DNA of 32,778 nt from a virus (lineage: Duplodnaviria; Caudoviricetes). The stretch is from the IMG/VR virus record IMGVR_UViG_3300009180_000129, positions 1-32,778 of that record. One strand, 5' to 3'. Shown in pieces: positions 30,121 to 32,778 of this stretch. The translations under genes and the position numbers were made by a program. How positions within the stretch are numbered: position 1 is the stretch's first letter; each line of letters opens with the position of its first letter. Below the pieces are notes generated by a model that made no database searches, was not told the origin of the DNA, and worked only from the letters and a program-made list of their open reading frames with translations.

Positions 30121-30457
30121 GATCCACTTCTCTAAGAGAGTAATTATCGGAATTGAGATATTTTAACAACTCCATGGCAATTAATTTTGGATTTCCTTCT
30201 CCACAGGTATAAACATCAATCGCAATCGCACCCTCTTCAGGCCATGTATGACATGAGACATGACTCTCAGACAGTGCAATGACTATTGTGACTCCTTGTG
30301 GTACAAAGCAATGCTGAAAAATATTAAGAATTGTCATTCCAGCGCGTTTAATTCCACGCTCCATTACTTCCCGAATGGCAATTCCATCATTTAATAAATC
30401 AAATTTTATGTCATATACCTCTAATAAGAGGTGTTTACCCATCGAAAAGCGTTCCAA
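30116..30457 (-). CDS. speD: S-adenosylmethionine decarboxylase family pyruvoyl-dependent decarboxylase proenzyme
   Basis: GKHLLLEVY; F.PQGVT; autocleavage motif LSE/SHVSCHTWPE; AIDVYTCG. Start is TTG at 30457 or ATG at 30442. Confidence 0.93.
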   Translation of the reverse strand: MERFSMGKHLLLEVYDIKFDLLNDGIAIREVMERGIKRAGMTILNIFQHCFVPQGVTIVIALSESHVSCHTWPEEGAIAIDVYTCGEGNPKLIAMELLKYLNSDNYSLREVDR

Positions 30458-30481
30458 GGCATAAAACCCACACTAAAAAGT

Positions 30482-30489
30482 TATTTATT
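30482..30489 (-). promoter_or_regulatory. T4-type late promoter (AATAAATA) upstream of speD
   Basis: Minus strand AAATAAATAACT overlapping the stop codon of the 199-aa gene. Confidence 0.55.
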
Positions 30490-31084
30490 TCACATAAAAA
30501 CCCTTACGATGATAGTCTTTATCATCTATAAAGGTATAATCTCTTCTATTTTTTACTTCTTCACCATTCCAGACTGGAATTGCCTCACTATTATTATATC
30601 GAAAGTCTGGATTTTGTCGAAAATGAACTTCAATTAACTTATCATCAATAAATTCACAGTTAATCCATTCATAATTTCCTTTTAATTTTGATAGAACTGA
30701 AGGAAATTCAACTTTTTGATTTATTTTTTCCCATTTTTTCCATTTATAGAGAGGATCATCAGATTCTCTTTCTCCTCTCACTACCAATTCTACCTCACCA
30801 TTTTTAAAATCAACACTTAAGTGCTCTCCATCAAAGACTTCACACCAAAATTCTGATGGATGAAAACGATCAGTAAATTTATAGATGTATTCAAGGCGAG
30901 CAAAACGCCCCATACCGAGTAAATTCAAAGAAGGACGAACAATATAAAAGTCGGGTTTAGGAACCGAAGTCCCAACAGGACCACAGTTATATCCTAAAAC
31001 CCGACTTAAAAATAATTTATTATAAATCCAGAGGTCTTCTTGATGAATACTATTCCATTCATCAAGACCATCTAAATGATACAT
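30485..31084 (-). CDS. Hypothetical protein with compact ATP-grasp-like motifs
   Basis: 199 aa. NKL; YIVRPSLNLLGMG (cf. VVKP..G..G.G); FWCEVFDGEHLSVD (cf. QEyi.G.e.sv); WINCEFIDDKLIEVHFR (cf. vE....lE.NpR). The CDS is certain; the fold is inferred. Confidence 0.65.
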   Translation of the reverse strand: MYHLDGLDEWNSIHQEDLWIYNKLFLSRVLGYNCGPVGTSVPKPDFYIVRPSLNLLGMGRFARLEYIYKFTDRFHPSEFWCEVFDGEHLSVDFKNGEVELVVRGERESDDPLYKWKKWEKINQKVEFPSVLSKLKGNYEWINCEFIDDKLIEVHFRQNPDFRYNNSEAIPVWNGEEVKNRRDYTFIDDKDYHRKGFYVK

Positions 31085-31203
31085 TATTTTTTCTTTCTAG
31101 CGTTTGATGCTTTCTTTTGAGCACTGGATCTACACTGACCCGTTGCCTTTCGTTTATCACCATTACCAAATGTGGGATTCTTTTTTGGTTTCTTTGGCGT
31201 CAT
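31084..31203 (-). CDS. 39-aa Lys-rich peptide
   Basis: Missed by the ORF track: MTPKKPKKNPTFGNGDKRKATGQCRSSAQKKASNARKKK. TAATG stop/start overlaps at both ends (31201-31205 and 31082-31086). Confidence 0.75.
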   Translation of the reverse strand: MTPKKPKKNPTFGNGDKRKATGQCRSSAQKKASNARKKK

Positions 31204-31355
31204 TATTTGCCCTGACCACGATACTTCTTACGTGCCCCATTACGAGAAGTAGCGGCATATTTTGTTCCCATACCATCTCCTTGACGAGACTTTTTAGGGG
31301 TGCCTGGATTATAAGAACTGTTCTTATTGAGTCCACCTGTTGCCTTTACTGCCAT
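31203..31355 (-). CDS. 50-aa basic Gly/Lys/Arg-rich peptide ending KKYRGQGK
   Basis: Missed by the ORF track: MAVKATGGLNKNSSYNPGTPKKSRQGDGMGTKYAATSRNGARKKYRGQGK. GGAG SD upstream; starts 5 nt after the previous stop. Confidence 0.85.
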   Translation of the reverse strand: MAVKATGGLNKNSSYNPGTPKKSRQGDGMGTKYAATSRNGARKKYRGQGK

Positions 31356-31360
31356 AATTT

Positions 31361-31528
31361 TTAATCTCCGATAATTTCAGTTTGAAGTTCAGTTGGATTT
31401 GGAGAACCTGTTTCGTAGTATTGCAACGCCAAGTCCTCCATGGTATCGAAATATTCTTCCTGTGATAGGTCTGAATAAATCTTACGACCTTTACAAAGAA
31501 TATTGTAACGTTCGTGTTTATACGTCAT
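31361..31528 (-). CDS. 55-aa acidic hypothetical protein
   Basis: Missed by the ORF track: MTYKHERYNILCKGRKIYSDLSQEEYFDTMEDLALQYYETGSPNPTELQTEIIGD. Starts 8 nt after the glycosyltransferase stop and tiles the gap. Confidence 0.8.
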   Translation of the reverse strand: MTYKHERYNILCKGRKIYSDLSQEEYFDTMEDLALQYYETGSPNPTELQTEIIGD

Positions 31529-31536
31529 TTTTTAAC

Positions 31537-32292
31537 TTAGATTACTCTTGTCTTCTCGTGACCAACTCTGATACGAGGATCACACCAAATTTCAAAGCCA
31601 GCTTCTTTTGCATCGAGACAGAATGACACATCTTCTCCACACATATCCTGAACTTCTCCAGATTCGAATACCTGCATCTTCGGTGCAAACCATGGATACT
31701 TGATACCTTCGTTCTCAAATACACCGTGCTTGATCAGCAACCATCCAAATCCTGCATAGTCTACAGTGAAAGGCTTCCGACGCTTCGAGATGCTCTCAAG
31801 AGTTTCGTGATTCATGACTCCACCATTATTGCGGAAATCATCTTCCTCCATCCAGTGTGCAACAGAAGTGGTGTGACCATCTTCTGTACAATACCATCCA
31901 GATGCAATGTCCTGATCCATCAAAACAAGTTGATAGAATTTTTCAGTATTAAAGATGATGTCAGAATCAATCCAAAGTTGCCAATCATACTTCAGTTTTC
32001 CATCCCATGGGAGTTGATCAGGTCCTCTTAGTACATTTGCACCTAGGCACTTACACCGCGCAAAGTTTACCATGGATGAATAGTCTTGAGAAATTTGAAT
32101 ACTTCCACCGTTCTGAACGATATCAAAACACAGTTGTACAAAGTTCTTCAGATATGCATAGGAAACTCCTCTGCCAGGAAGACAGAACACAACGGATTTT
32201 CCTCGAATCATCTCTCTTGCTAGATTGTAATCCCACTCTTCCCCAGTACTTACGGTGGGGGTTTTTGCTTTTACAGTAAATCCTTTAGCCAT
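31537..32292 (-). CDS. GT-A fold (GT2-like) glycosyltransferase
   Basis: VVFCLP; NFARCKCL; YDWQLWIDSDIIF (DxD motif); GFGWLLIK.GVFE; GEDVSFC (catalytic ED); GFEIWCDP.IRVGH. Confidence 0.85.
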   Translation of the reverse strand: MAKGFTVKAKTPTVSTGEEWDYNLAREMIRGKSVVFCLPGRGVSYAYLKNFVQLCFDIVQNGGSIQISQDYSSMVNFARCKCLGANVLRGPDQLPWDGKLKYDWQLWIDSDIIFNTEKFYQLVLMDQDIASGWYCTEDGHTTSVAHWMEEDDFRNNGGVMNHETLESISKRRKPFTVDYAGFGWLLIKHGVFENEGIKYPWFAPKMQVFESGEVQDMCGEDVSFCLDAKEAGFEIWCDPRIRVGHEKTRVI

Positions 32293-32315
32293 AAAGTTTG
32301 TTCGCTTACTTCAGT

Positions 32316-32344
32316 ATCATACAACATTATGTAGTATCTGTCAA
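32316..32344 (-). promoter_or_regulatory. Sigma70-type (early) promoter TTGACA-N17-TATGAT
   Basis: Minus strand TTGACA gatactacataatgttg TATGAT; perfect -35, 17-nt spacer, 5/6 match at -10; 23 nt upstream of the glycosyltransferase ATG. Confidence 0.85.
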
Positions 32345-32347
32345 TAA

Positions 32348-32524
32348 TTAGTCATCTTCTCTTTCTGACAGTACAAGTTCTCCACACTCAACTTTGAGAT
32401 TTAAATTTGTATCCTCATACCACGAAAGATCGTTCACCATCCATTCTGGAATTGTAACATAATAATCTCCACTAATGGGATCGACCTGCAGGGGCTGAAA
32501 ATTTTCTCCGGAATTTTTTCTCAT
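32348..32524 (-). CDS. AbrB/MazE/SpoVT-like small DNA-binding protein
   Basis: SGDYYVTIPEWMVNDLSWYEDTNLNLKVECGELVLSE fits the swapped-hairpin pattern (vtIP..l...lg...gd.l.....g.i.l). In-frame ATG at 32524 is preferred over the track's TTG at 32551. Confidence 0.75.
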   Translation of the reverse strand: MRKNSGENFQPLQVDPISGDYYVTIPEWMVNDLSWYEDTNLNLKVECGELVLSEREDD

Positions 32525-32574
32525 TTTCTGTATGCAAATTTGCCATTTCAATTTATATATTATTTTTGATTTTT

Positions 32575-32778
32575 GCGTGGGGTCTTGGAGAATTTTTATG
32601 GGGCGCGGAAATTTTTGTGTCTTGTGATATATAAAGGTCGATTTTGGTTCGTTGTAGGTTAGGGTAGTTAGCTGTTTTTATATACGCCCCATGACCCCGA
32701 AGACGCCCGCCATCATCGGCGCGGTAACTGCCAAACACGAACGAAAGTAGGGGCGCTAAGTATAAAGAACTGCGCCCC
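32575..32778. other. GC-rich non-coding region with nested inverted repeats and hairpins
   Basis: GCGT/ACGC, GGGGTC/GACCCC, ATGGGGCG/CGCCCCAT and TATATAAA/TTTATATA are nested. These are followed by CGCC-N6-GGCG (32708-32721) and GGGGCGC-N15-GCGCCCC (32750-32778). Confidence 0.6.

Noticed and set aside
5-32279. All plus-strand ORFs in the track (e.g. 344..643, 1635..1967, 7365..7706, 15890..16330, 31104..31364, 31393..31626, 31726..32031)
   Set aside because: They are antisense shadows of well-supported minus-strand genes, with no recognisable motifs and mostly non-ATG starts.
32553-32738. 61-aa minus-strand ORF
   Set aside because: GTG start, atypical composition, and it overlaps the nested inverted repeats; better explained as non-coding, though not excluded.
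32700-32778. tRNA in the GC-rich right end
   Set aside because: No T-loop GTTC motif or cloverleaf spacing is visible on either strand.

Overview
AT-rich segment of a large T4-like myovirus genome, most likely a cyanophage (Kyanoviridae-type gene order). All credible genes are on the minus strand. Read in transcription order (right to left): a GC-rich structured non-coding element, an AbrB-like gene, a near-consensus sigma70 promoter, and a GT-A glycosyltransferase. Next come three tiny ORFs missed by the ORF track (55 aa acidic, 50 aa basic, 39 aa Lys-rich), an ATP-grasp-like protein, a SpeD-family pyruvoyl decarboxylase and a small acidic protein with a structured leader. The virion module follows: gp25, gp6, a giant 3995-aa gp7-like protein, gp8, a 2499-aa VrlC-like protein, a 67-aa ORF, an unannotated 55-aa NblA-like ORF, gp13, gp14, gp15 and gp16. 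It ends with a 615-aa modular basic protein that looks like a prohead-protease-processed polyprotein and a partial ORF running off the left edge. Several T4-type late promoters (TATAAATA variants) are visible. The best candidates for something new are (1) the TAATG-coupled micro-peptide/ATP-grasp/SpeD/glycosyltransferase cluster, (2) the hidden NblA-like gene in the late structural operon, (3) the Glu-delimited polyprotein with an internal capsid-targeting-like motif, and (4) the nested inverted-repeat element at the right end. All family assignments are from motif recognition by eye; no searches were run.
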